From positions 1-46,813 of the forward strand of contig CAZPFH010000001.1 of assembly GCA_964585825.1 (NCBI GenBank): a stretch of 46,813 nucleotides of DNA, read 5' to 3'. The stretch's first letter is position 1; the number at the start of each line of letters is the position of its first letter. Positions 17,890-26,775 of this stretch are shown in pieces. The DNA is from an uncultured Candidatus Peribacteria bacterium. Its GTDB lineage: Bacteria; Patescibacteriota; Gracilibacteria; UBA1369; PNNO01. A program made the translations under genes and the position numbers. Below the pieces are notes generated by a model. The model had not been told where the DNA came from, did no database searches, and saw only the letters and a list, made by a program, of their open reading frames with translations.

Positions 17890-18915
17890 ATGAAAAAAAG
17901 CATCATACGAAAAATAGGAACCATAGGAATACTTTTAATAGTAAGCGTTGCAACTCTGGGTACGGAACATGTTCGTGCACAAGAAACAACAATCTCATTA
18001 AACACTTCTTGCTTTACCGAATGGGATACGTTTATTTCTTCAACAATTTCCGTTGATGAGTTTTTAGAATACTGGACCGACATCCTGATCCGATATAATC
18101 GAAACACATGTTATTACATGGATATACAATATGTACTTAAGCAAATTGATACAACTCGTTCAGCCCTTCGCAAAGCCATTTTAGCATGTGACGATGACCA
18201 AGTTGGACCACTCAAAACACGTTTTTACGAATTGAAGTTAGAACTTGATTACCTGCGCTTATTTGTTTCTTTTGCAGATAAAGGAGGAAGACTTATTTCG
18301 GAAGAAAAAGTTTATAAACAATTAAAAGAAAAATATGTTGATACGGGTCTTGATTTTACCAAAGAAGAATTCGATATATTGTTCGACCGCTATCAAACAA
18401 AATATAAAGGAAACTTCTCATCAATATATCAGAGGTGTAGTGACGGAAGCATAAAGCAACTTGTAGACAGATGGGATAAACTTGTCGAGACCTTGAAATC
18501 AATGCAAGCAAGTTCAAAAGCGGTTAAAGCAGATTTCGACAGGGCGATTAACAAGCCGCCGCAAGGTATGCAGAATTTTATAAAAAATCTCGAACAAGCG
18601 CAAAAAGAATCAATAGAAGCACAAAAAAATCCTGAAGAAATTTTCAATCAAACAACGCAGGAAACCGGAACCGAACCAACTATTGATCAACTTACCGTTG
18701 CAATAGAAGAAAACAAACAAGATTATCAAGAAAAAATACAACAGGCGTCGTTAACCGCAAAATACGAAGCCTTGTATAAACATGGTGGAGATAGCCTTGC
18801 CGAGAGCTATGAAAAGGTATTAAAGGATCTTGATAAGATAGTAAAAGACTCTTACAAGCCACTGGAAGACCTTAAGCGATGTGCTAAAGAGTCTGCCGAT
18901 CGACAATGCCAATAG
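17890..18915 (+). CDS. Small secreted helical protein P4 (341 aa), C-terminus ...RCAKESADRQCQ*
   Basis: The ATG is 3 nt after the P3 stop. Signal peptide IGILLIVSVATLGTEHVRA-QE. 6 Cys in the mature part. The operon terminator follows. Confidence 0.75.
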   Translation: MKKSIIRKIGTIGILLIVSVATLGTEHVRAQETTISLNTSCFTEWDTFISSTISVDEFLEYWTDILIRYNRNTCYYMDIQYVLKQIDTTRSALRKAILACDDDQVGPLKTRFYELKLELDYLRLFVSFADKGGRLISEEKVYKQLKEKYVDTGLDFTKEEFDILFDRYQTKYKGNFSSIYQRCSDGSIKQLVDRWDKLVETLKSMQASSKAVKADFDRAINKPPQGMQNFIKNLEQAQKESIEAQKNPEEIFNQTTQETGTEPTIDQLTVAIEENKQDYQEKIQQASLTAKYEALYKHGGDSLAESYEKVLKDLDKIVKDSYKPLEDLKRCAKESADRQCQ

Positions 18916-18918
18916 CAC

Positions 18919-18956
18919 AAAAAACTCCCGAAGGAATGTTGTGGGGAGTTTTTTGC
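18919..18956. terminator. Bidirectional rho-independent terminator between convergent operons
   Basis: AAAACTCCC (18921-18929) pairs with GGGAGTTTT (18944-18952) around a 14-nt loop. It is flanked by an A-run on the left and a T-run on the right, so it reads as hairpin plus U-run on both strands. Confidence 0.7.
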
Positions 18957-19001
18957 TAAGGCTTTTCTAGGGCTTGTATTTTAAGAGGTCGTATTACAAT
19001 G

Positions 19002-19172
19002 TTAACGATGCACTAACGCCAAAATAGTTCCTTTCAGTTTCGTTTTTATCAAATGGTCACGCTGTGGTCTATTTAATTTGCAATTAATGTCAGTGATGTC
19101 TGTCTTACAATAAGGACAGATATCGCGATGGCTCGAAACAGCTTTACCGCAACTGATACAATTGAAGATCAT
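19002..19172 (-). CDS. Small zinc-ribbon protein (56 aa), absent from the ORF track
   Basis: ATG at 19172 (minus), 10 nt after the HTH gene's TGA. Translation: MIFNCISCGKAVSSHRDICPYCKTDITDINCKLNRPQRDHLIKTKLKGTILALVHR*. It has two CxxC knuckles (C5/C8 and C19/C22) and ends just before the bidirectional terminator. Confidence 0.5.
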   Translation of the reverse strand: MIFNCISCGKAVSSHRDICPYCKTDITDINCKLNRPQRDHLIKTKLKGTILALVHR

Positions 19173-19182
19173 AGTAGGATTT

Positions 19183-19497
19183 TCACTCTAAGATATAATG
19201 GTCGCTTTGATTTTCCGGCATAGTTGTTGTTACTTCTTCTTGTACTTCTTCATTGTTTTCTTCTTTCTTAGGTGTTTCACTTTTTTTAGGTTCTTTAGAA
19301 GCTATGGATCTTTCTTCGAGAAACCGCTCAACATCTCTTTCACGTATCCTCCATACTCTTCCCAGCTTTATACCTTTAAGTTTCCCTGCTTTCAAATATT
19401 TCAAAACAGTAAAAGTGTGCACCTGGAGGATTTTAGAAACCTGCTCTGAGGTAAGTAATTTATCGGGTATCAATTTAATAAATTTAATTCTGGACAA
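19183..19497 (-). CDS. Excisionase/MerR-type helix-turn-helix DNA-binding protein with an acidic/lysine-rich tail
   Basis: LLTSEQVSKILQVHTFTVLKYLKAGKLKGIKLGRVWRIRERDVERFLEE matches the excisionase-family HTH pattern. The start is TTG (19497) or the in-frame TTG at 19473; there is no ATG. Confidence 0.75.
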   Translation of the reverse strand: MSRIKFIKLIPDKLLTSEQVSKILQVHTFTVLKYLKAGKLKGIKLGRVWRIRERDVERFLEERSIASKEPKKSETPKKEENNEEVQEEVTTTMPENQSDHYILE

Positions 19498-19517
19498 AAT
19501 AAATAAATTCTACTTAA

Positions 19518-19546
19518 ATCTTACCACTTTTAGCAAATTCCTTCAA
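19518..19546 (-). promoter_or_regulatory. Sigma70-type promoter for the HTH/zinc-ribbon pair
   Basis: On the minus strand: TTGAAG, a 17-nt spacer ending in TGg, then TAAGAT. It lies about 20 nt upstream of the TTG start. Confidence 0.4.
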
Positions 19547-19661
19547 GTTTTATACAACATGCCTAAATTTCAAAAAGCGTTATTATATATATCATAACTT
19601 AAGTCATTTTTCAATAGTTTTGGCAAGCTTATTTTAATTTACTTTAACTTTACCCCCTTTC

Positions 19662-19691
19662 ATTAAACTTTATTAAACTTAATTAAACTTT
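19662..19691. repeat. Three tandem copies of the 10-bp unit ATTAAACTTW
   Basis: ATTAAACTT occurs at 19662, 19672 and 19682, with a degenerate ACTTTAACTT at 19641-19650. It sits in the AT-rich spacer between the uvrA stop and the HTH promoter. Confidence 0.6.
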
Positions 19692-19881
19692 ATCGAATTT
19701 CCTCTATTTTTACGCTAAAAAGGCAAATATGGACACTCTTGAGTAATTTTGTCGTCTTAAGTAAATTAAATGGCTTATAAAGAAGCGTTTGTTGAAATCG
19801 CCAACGACATTTTGGCAAGCAAGGTGCATTCAAAATAACACATCGCAAAAAGAAATGATGACAAACCTTATATTATTCCTT

Positions 19882-22770
19882 CTATAAATATTTTTTTAGC
19901 CATTCACCTGTATACGACCCTTTTACCTTTGCAACCTCTTCAGGAGTTCCTGTGGCAATTACTTTACCGCCCTCATCGCCCCCATTGGGTCCAAGATCTA
20001 TAATGTGATCTACGGACTTTATAACATCTAAATTATGCTCGATAGTTAAAACCGTATTCCCTTTTTCGACAAGTCGTTTTAACACTTCGAGCAATTTCTT
20101 GACATCATCAAAGTGTAAACCGGTTGTAGGCTCATCAAGAACATAAAATGTCTTTCCGGTTGATCGCTTGCAAAGCTCAGATGACAATTTTATACGCTGC
20201 GCTTCACCACCCGAAAGCGTTGTTGCCGATTGACCGAGATGAATATATCCCAGTCCGACCTCGCTCAAGGTTTTGAGTTTCGTTTTAACGGAAGGTATTG
20301 CCTTAAAAAACTCTAAAGCCTCATCTACCGTCATAGAAAGCACATCGGAAATATTTTTCCCACGGTAAGTAATTTCCAAAGCTTCCTTATTATATCGCTT
20401 ACCGTTACATACATCACATGTGACAAATAAATCGGGGAGAAAGTGCATTTCAATTTTCTTCATACCATCTCCATTACATGCCTCACAACGGCCACCTTTA
20501 ACATTAAAGCTAAATCGCCCGGCCTTGTATCCGCGCATTCGCGCTTCAGGCGTATTTGCAAAAAGATCACGAATGTCTGTGAACACACCTGTATATGTTG
20601 CCGGATTAGAACGAGGCGTTCTTCCTATAGGAGACTGGTCAATATTGATAATCTTATCAATATGCTTAATATTCTTTATTTCACCATGTCTACCCGGTCT
20701 TGCTTTTGAGCCATTAATAACGCGGCCCATCTCTCTAACTAAAATATCATTAATTAATGTTGATTTACCCGAACCCGAAACACCTGTAATTCCTATAAAA
20801 ACCCCCAATGGCAATTCAATGTCGATATTTTTCAAATTATGCTCATGAGCATCTTTGATATAAATTTTCTTTCCATTTCCCTTTCGTCGTTTTTTGGGCA
20901 CAGATATCTCTTTTTCTCCGGACAAATATTGTCCTGTAACCGAATTGGGGTTTTTCATGATATCTTGCGGTGTGCCTTGAGCAATAACTTCTCCTCCGTG
21001 TTTACCCGCTCCCGGGCCAATATCAAGAATATGGTCGGCCTGAAGCATAGTATCGATATCATGCTCAACAACGATAACCGTATTTCCAAGATCTCGAAGA
21101 GAAACAAGGGTCTTAATAAGCTTATCGTTGTCATTTTGATGCAAACCTATAGATGGTTCATCAAGAACATATAAAACCCCGGATAGACGCGATCCTATTT
21201 GCGTTGCCAAACGAATACGTTGCGCCTCACCACCCGAAAGAGTGTTTGCCGCTCTATTAAGGGTTAAATAGCTCAATCCAACATTTTCAAGAAAAGATAA
21301 CCTGCTCGAAATTTCCTTTAATATTTGTTTAGCAATTTTTTGCTTCATTTTGTTTAACGAAAGATGCTGAAAAAAATCAATTGCCTCTTTTATCGACATA
21401 TTGGTCACTTCAATAATTGATTTTTCCCCGACTAAAACCGCTAAAGCCTCTGCACGCAATCTATTCCCTTTGCATTCGGGACAATCTAAAATACGCATAA
21501 ATTGTTCGATTTTCTTTCTAATGTAATCAGAATCCGTTTCACGGTAACGCCGTTCCAGGTTTGGAATAACGCCCTCAAATGTTGTTTTATATTCTCCGGA
21601 GAAAGCAGATCCCTCTTCGTTACGCTTAATAGCGACATTATATTTTTTTTCTCCTGTTCCATATAAAATTATTTGTATGATATCATCGCTCAACTTCCCA
21701 ACCGGAGTACTCATTGAAAAATTATACGCCTTAGCTACCGCCTCAAGTATACGATTGTACCATGACAAATGCGATGTTGTAGCCGACCATGGTGTTATAG
21801 CACCTTCGGCAAGTGTTAATTTTTTATTCGGCAATACAAGCTCCGGATCTATTTCAAGCTTGGTTCCTAACCCATGGCATGTTTTACACGCGCCATGTGG
21901 GGAATTAAATGAAAAAGTACGTGGTGAAATTTCCGAAATATTAATATTGCACGCATCACACGCAAAAAGTTCAGAATATGTTTCTATTTCACCTGAATCC
22001 TTGTCCATTACCATCATAAGGCCTTCTCCGTATTTAAGTGCCACTTCGACCGAATCTGCCAAGCGTGTTCTGTCCGGATTAGGCACCTCTATCTCTTCTC
22101 CGGAAGATAATTTTTTTGTTATTTCCTTGAAATTTTTCACGACCAATCTATCTACAACTATTTCTATAGAATGCCCTTTGTTTTCATCTAAATCGGGGAT
22201 ATTTAGTACATTAACCACTTCGCCATCAACACGCACGCGCACAAAACCGTCATTCTTAATCTTTTCGAATACTTTTTGATGCTGACCCTTCTTGTCACGG
22301 ATAACAGGCGCTAACAGCATTATTTTCTTACCCTCGGGCATTTCAGCTATAGTGTCGACAATTTGAGATACATTTTGTCTACTAATTGGCTCGCCACACT
22401 TCGGACAATGAGGATCCCCAACTTTCGCATATAAAAGTCGTAAAAAGTCATAAAGTTCCGTAACCGTTCCCACTGTCGATCGCGGATTTCGCGATGATGT
22501 CTTTTGATCAATGGAAATTGCAGGAGACAAGCCTTCTATTGAATCGACTTCGGGCTTTTCCATAAGCTGTAAAAATTGACGCGCATATGTCGACAAACTT
22601 TCAACATACCTCCTTTGCCCTTCGGCATAAATAGTATCAAATGCTAATGAAGATTTTCCCGATCCGCTTAAACCGGTCATAACAACCAATTTGTTTTTCG
22701 GAATTTCAACGCTCAAATTCTGCAAATTGTGAATTTTAGCTCCTTTAACAACAATTTTATCAATTACCAT
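19882..22770 (-). CDS. uvrA: Excinuclease ABC subunit A
   Basis: 962 aa. Two ABC modules: Walker [10 protein letters not shown] and [18 protein letters not shown] signature twice. CxxC zinc modules (CPKCGE, CDACN, CKTCHG, CPECKG, CEACNG, CDVCNG). Confidence 0.97.
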   Translation of the reverse strand: MVIDKIVVKGAKIHNLQNLSVEIPKNKLVVMTGLSGSGKSSLAFDTIYAEGQRRYVESLSTYARQFLQLMEKPEVDSIEGLSPAISIDQKTSSRNPRSTVGTVTELYDFLRLLYAKVGDPHCPKCGEPISRQNVSQIVDTIAEMPEGKKIMLLAPVIRDKKGQHQKVFEKIKNDGFVRVRVDGEVVNVLNIPDLDENKGHSIEIVVDRLVVKNFKEITKKLSSGEEIEVPNPDRTRLADSVEVALKYGEGLMMVMDKDSGEIETYSELFACDACNINISEISPRTFSFNSPHGACKTCHGLGTKLEIDPELVLPNKKLTLAEGAITPWSATTSHLSWYNRILEAVAKAYNFSMSTPVGKLSDDIIQIILYGTGEKKYNVAIKRNEEGSAFSGEYKTTFEGVIPNLERRYRETDSDYIRKKIEQFMRILDCPECKGNRLRAEALAVLVGEKSIIEVTNMSIKEAIDFFQHLSLNKMKQKIAKQILKEISSRLSFLENVGLSYLTLNRAANTLSGGEAQRIRLATQIGSRLSGVLYVLDEPSIGLHQNDNDKLIKTLVSLRDLGNTVIVVEHDIDTMLQADHILDIGPGAGKHGGEVIAQGTPQDIMKNPNSVTGQYLSGEKEISVPKKRRKGNGKKIYIKDAHEHNLKNIDIELPLGVFIGITGVSGSGKSTLINDILVREMGRVINGSKARPGRHGEIKNIKHIDKIINIDQSPIGRTPRSNPATYTGVFTDIRDLFANTPEARMRGYKAGRFSFNVKGGRCEACNGDGMKKIEMHFLPDLFVTCDVCNGKRYNKEALEITYRGKNISDVLSMTVDEALEFFKAIPSVKTKLKTLSEVGLGYIHLGQSATTLSGGEAQRIKLSSELCKRSTGKTFYVLDEPTTGLHFDDVKKLLEVLKRLVEKGNTVLTIEHNLDVIKSVDHIIDLGPNGGDEGGKVIATGTPEEVAKVKGSYTGEWLKKYL

Positions 22771-22871
22771 CGTATTTTGTTATACTTATTAAACTGGTTC
22801 GCACAAAAAAAGTGCAGCAGTCAAAATATCATAATCATGCTAACAAATCAAGTTTTCAGTAATATTTCTTA

Positions 22872-23717
22872 TTAAATTCTACCCCACTGCTTCAAACACT
22901 CTTTTTTATGCAACAAATAATTCAATACCATATATCCACCGAATAAAAACGGTATAATGAGAAACGACCATCCCATTTCGAGGAAAATATTAAATACCGC
23001 ATGTAAAATACTGGCTAACAAAAGCCCTTCAAGGATTTTTTCATCTTTAAATAATGTTGCTTTTTTAATATGAAAATGCGCATGGAACCATTTTAAGAGC
23101 GGATGTCTTTTCTTTCGCATTTCATCTTTTAATTCCTGATCGGCAAAATGAGCAATCCCGTAGTAATAACCAAAAATACCCGAAAACATAACATGAGCAA
23201 ATGTTGAAAAAAGCGATCTGAAGATAAAAGGAAATAAAAGTTGTTCAAAACCACGAATATGAATAATATTATAAAAATAAATAATATTCTCTATAAAAGC
23301 GAACCCGAGAGCGGCAATAATAGCAAATTCGATCACATCATCCACGCTTTTAAAGATTTTCACGTCTGCAACGCGTACCGCGACAATCTTAGAAATCTCT
23401 TCTATAACGCCAACAAGCATAAAAGTTACAACAATTGAAAACGGCACAAAAACAAAAGTGGAAAACCCCAATAAATCAGCTTGAATATTACGAGTCCAAA
23501 TGAAAGCATTTATCCACGGGAAAAAATTCCATGAAAACTTATATACAAGAAGAGGTATGACCGACAAAACCCCCGCAACAAAGGTAATAATAACATATTT
23601 CTCTTTTTCGGGATGCTTACGATAAAAATGATATCCCCACAAAAAAATTGGGACAAACGAAAGTAAGGAGGCAATCAAGAGTACTGCTATTTTTGTTGTG
23701 AGGACAATATTTCCCAT
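22872..23717 (-). CDS. prsW: PrsW-family intramembrane metalloprotease
   Basis: Polytopic membrane protein with the motifs EEISK (EExxK), FAFIENIIY, HVMFSG and HAVFN (HxxxN). Confidence 0.7.
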   Translation of the reverse strand: MGNIVLTTKIAVLLIASLLSFVPIFLWGYHFYRKHPEKEKYVIITFVAGVLSVIPLLVYKFSWNFFPWINAFIWTRNIQADLLGFSTFVFVPFSIVVTFMLVGVIEEISKIVAVRVADVKIFKSVDDVIEFAIIAALGFAFIENIIYFYNIIHIRGFEQLLFPFIFRSLFSTFAHVMFSGIFGYYYGIAHFADQELKDEMRKKRHPLLKWFHAHFHIKKATLFKDEKILEGLLLASILHAVFNIFLEMGWSFLIIPFLFGGYMVLNYLLHKKECLKQWGRI

Positions 23718-23799
23718 GAATTATGCACTAATTACTATGTATATTATAACATGTTTTCGCCTTTCTGGCCAACGCGCCCTCTCTTTGCTGATCACTATA

Positions 23800-24888
23800 T
23801 CAGCACCTTGTTCCTTCTTTTATTTCAATAATACGTGCATCGTCAATAGGGAAATCATGATGTGTTGTTGTCACAAAAGACTGATATCCACTTATAACCT
23901 TTATCAAAGCCTTTTGTCGCTTTTTATCCAGTTCGGAAAACACATCATCAAGCAATAAAATAGGATTATTACCCGTTTGTTTTTTCAGAAATTCAATTTC
24001 AACCAATTTTAAAGCAATAAGCAGGGTTCTCATCTCCCCCCTCGAAGCAAACTCACTTACATTTTTCTTATCAAAAAAGAAATGTAAATCATCGCGATGA
24101 GGACCTTTTCTTGTTTGCTGATAGCGTAAATCGCCTGATCGGCAATTCTGTAACAGAGAAAGATAGTGCTCTTTTTGTGTTGGCACTTCGCCGAATGAAC
24201 AGTGCATCTCAATGGCAATTTGCTGATCGGTCTCCGCAATATTATTATATCTTTGCGATAAAATAGTATTATAATAGTCAACAAATTCACTTCTTTTACG
24301 ATAAACATAAGATCCGTATTCAGCAATTTTATCATCCCATACCAATAATTCTTCCAAAGAAGCGTTACCTTCATCTATTAGCGCCAATATTTTATTTCGC
24401 TGCTTAATCAAACGATTATAATTTATCAATGAATCAAAGTAGAGCGGATCGGTCTGTGACAAAACGCTATTAATATATTTTCGCCGTAACGAAGGAGACA
24501 AATAAAGCATATTAAGATCTTCCGGCTGAAAAAGAACACTGTTAAGTTGTCCGATGAAATCTTTTATCGGTACATCAACACCATTTTTTCGTAGATTTTT
24601 TTTGTCTACAGGCGCAAGACTAACAAAAAACTCCAGCGACAAAGGCACATTGTCGACACGTACGGTGCCTACGGTCCTCATATAGTCTTGTTCCCACTGA
24701 ATAAGAGCATGATGATGGACAGTACGAAACGATTTAGCCATAGACAATAGTAAAATGGCCTCCAAAAAATTGGTTTTTCCTTGTGCGTTATCACCTATAA
24801 TCAGATGTACGCGTTCATCGGCATTAAATGATAACTCCAATTGCCGATAATTTCTAAATTGTTCCAGTTGAATTTTCTCCAGCCACAT
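23800..24888 (-). CDS. recF: DNA replication and repair protein RecF
   Basis: N-terminus MWLEKIQLEQFRNY, Walker A GDNAQGKTNFLEAI, signature SRGEMRTLLIALKL, Walker B PILLLDDVFSELD. Confidence 0.95.
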   Translation of the reverse strand: MWLEKIQLEQFRNYRQLELSFNADERVHLIIGDNAQGKTNFLEAILLLSMAKSFRTVHHHALIQWEQDYMRTVGTVRVDNVPLSLEFFVSLAPVDKKNLRKNGVDVPIKDFIGQLNSVLFQPEDLNMLYLSPSLRRKYINSVLSQTDPLYFDSLINYNRLIKQRNKILALIDEGNASLEELLVWDDKIAEYGSYVYRKRSEFVDYYNTILSQRYNNIAETDQQIAIEMHCSFGEVPTQKEHYLSLLQNCRSGDLRYQQTRKGPHRDDLHFFFDKKNVSEFASRGEMRTLLIALKLVEIEFLKKQTGNNPILLLDDVFSELDKKRQKALIKVISGYQSFVTTTHHDFPIDDARIIEIKEGTRC

Positions 24889-24929
24889 AGGTAAAACTTA
24901 ATCTACTGCATAATAACAAAGTGCGCGTA

Positions 24930-24958
24930 TTGACTCAATAGTGCACTTTGTCTATTGT
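24930..24958 (+). promoter_or_regulatory. Putative sigma70 promoter of thrS
   Basis: TTGACT (24930-24935), 17-nt spacer, TATTGT (24953-24958), 35 nt before the ATG. It lies within the inverted repeat AAAGTGC/GCACTTT. Confidence 0.35.
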
Positions 24959-24993
24959 TAGTAACGGAAATAATCACTTGACCTTACTTTATT

Positions 24994-26775
24994 ATGGCTA
25001 AAAAGACTTCTGCCAAGCCGGATATAGAAAAAATGAGGCATTCATGCGCACACGTGCTTGCACAGGCGGTTTTGCAAATGTTTCCCGAAGCAAAGCTCGG
25101 TTTCGGACCGGCAATTGAAAACGGTTTTTACTATGATTTTGAGCTGCCCCGCACGCTTATCCCTGAAGACTTACCTCTTTTGGAAAAGAAAATGAAACAC
25201 ATCATTAAGCAAAATCAGAAGTTTAAAATGATGGAAAAGCCTATTGATAAATCGATTACATTTTTGAAAAAGATTAATCAAGATTATAAAGCGGAAGCTG
25301 CACACGACCTACAAAAAGAAGGTTTTGACAGCATTACATTCTACGAAAATATAAATCAAAAAGGCGAAGGCACCTTTGTTGATATGTGTGAAGGCCCTCA
25401 TCTGGAAAGTTCCGGGAAAATAGGGGCCTTTAAATTAACACATACAGCCGGTGCTTATTGGCGCGGAGATGAAAAAAGACCTATGCTGCAACGTATTTAC
25501 GGCGTTTGTTTTGCGACAAAAGAAGAGCTTAATACGTATTTAAAACAACTTGAAGAAGCCAAAAAACGTGACCACAGACGGCTTGGAACCGATCTTGACC
25601 TTTTCATGTTCGATGAAGAGGTAGGCGCGGGTCTTCCGTTATGGCTGCCAAAGGGGGCCTACGTACGACATAAAATCATGGATTTTGCCTTTAACACCTA
25701 CTTGGCAAACGGTTATGAACCGGTATGTACCCCTCATATTGCCAATGTTGCATTATGGAATCATTCCGGCCATTTGGACTTTTACGGAGATAGCATGTAT
25801 GGATCGCTTACGATTGATGAAGATGAATATCGATTAAAACCAATGAATTGTCCCTTACACGTTAAAATGTATAACGCCTCTATGCGCAGTTATCGCGATT
25901 TACCGTTTAGATGGACGGAAATGGGTACCGTCTATCGTTACGAACGAAGCGGGACGCTTCACGGCCTCACACGGGTACGAGGATTCACACAAGATGACGC
26001 GCATATTATCTGCAGACCGGATCAACTGAAAGAAGAACTTGAAAAAGCACTTGATTTAACGCTCTATATTTTAAATACATTCGGTTTCAAAGATATTGAA
26101 ATGAATGTAAGTGTCCGTGATCCGGAAAATAAAGATAAGTTCATTGGAGAAGATGATCGATGGGAACAAGCGGAAAACACATTAAAAGAAGTTTTGGAAA
26201 AATCCGGATTTAAAGATTATGTATACGATATTGGAGGAGCCGTTTTCTACGGCCCAAAAATCGATGTTAAAGTAGCCGACTCAATAGGTAGAAAATGGCA
26301 GCTTTCAACTATTCAATTCGATTTCAATCTTCCTTCTAGATTTGGAATGACTTACGTGGGAGAAGATGGAGAGGATCATACCCCGTTTATGATTCACAGA
26401 GCTTTACTGGGCTCTCTTGAACGCTTTATTGGTGTTTTGATTGAGCACTACGGAGGTGCCTTCCCGGCATGGCTGGCCCCAACACCAATCGTCTTCGTTC
26501 CGGTTGCGGAAACACATGAAGCTTATGCGCAAAAAATGCTTGAGAAGTTTAAAGAAGCGGGCATAAAGGCAGAGATTTACCTTTCGGATGACACATTGGG
26601 GAAACGAATCAGGAATGCGGAAATGAAAAAAATACCGTACATGGCCGTTGTCGGTGACAAGGAAGTAAAAGCAAAAAGTCTTGCCATTCGCAGCTATAAA
26701 ACGAAAAAACAAGAAACCGTTAAGGCCGATAAATTCTTATCTACTCTTCAAAAAGAGATAGCTGATCGTGCTTAG
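24994..26775 (+). CDS. thrS: Threonine--tRNA ligase (lacks the N-terminal TGS domain)
   Basis: 593 aa. It starts directly at the editing-domain motif MRHSCAHVLAQA. It has a class II core (FRWTEMGTVYRYERSGTLHGLTRVRGFTQDDAHI) and a C-terminal anticodon-binding domain. Confidence 0.95.
   Translation: MAKKTSAKPDIEKMRHSCAHVLAQAVLQMFPEAKLGFGPAIENGFYYDFELPRTLIPEDLPLLEKKMKHIIKQNQKFKMMEKPIDKSITFLKKINQDYKAEAAHDLQKEGFDSITFYENINQKGEGTFVDMCEGPHLESSGKIGAFKLTHTAGAYWRGDEKRPMLQRIYGVCFATKEELNTYLKQLEEAKKRDHRRLGTDLDLFMFDEEVGAGLPLWLPKGAYVRHKIMDFAFNTYLANGYEPVCTPHIANVALWNHSGHLDFYGDSMYGSLTIDEDEYRLKPMNCPLHVKMYNASMRSYRDLPFRWTEMGTVYRYERSGTLHGLTRVRGFTQDDAHIICRPDQLKEELEKALDLTLYILNTFGFKDIEMNVSVRDPENKDKFIGEDDRWEQAENTLKEVLEKSGFKDYVYDIGGAVFYGPKIDVKVADSIGRKWQLSTIQFDFNLPSRFGMTYVGEDGEDHTPFMIHRALLGSLERFIGVLIEHYGGAFPAWLAPTPIVFVPVAETHEAYAQKMLEKFKEAGIKAEIYLSDDTLGKRIRNAEMKKIPYMAVVGDKEVKAKSLAIRSYKTKKQETVKADKFLSTLQKEIADRA

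Noticed and set aside
18957-19881. Mobile element or prophage remnant around the excisionase-type HTH
   Set aside because: There is no integrase, transposase or tRNA target. I also saw no flanking direct or inverted repeats or phage genes. The HTH has an ordinary promoter and terminator.
20420-22279. 142-, 111- and 200-aa + strand ORFs inside uvrA
   Set aside because: uvrA on the minus strand is unambiguous, with two ABC modules and zinc fingers. These ORFs are antisense artefacts.
24889-24993. T-box leader upstream of thrS
   Set aside because: Only 105 nt are available. There is no specifier-loop or T-box consensus sequence. The only structure is a 7-bp inverted repeat overlapping a promoter-like element.
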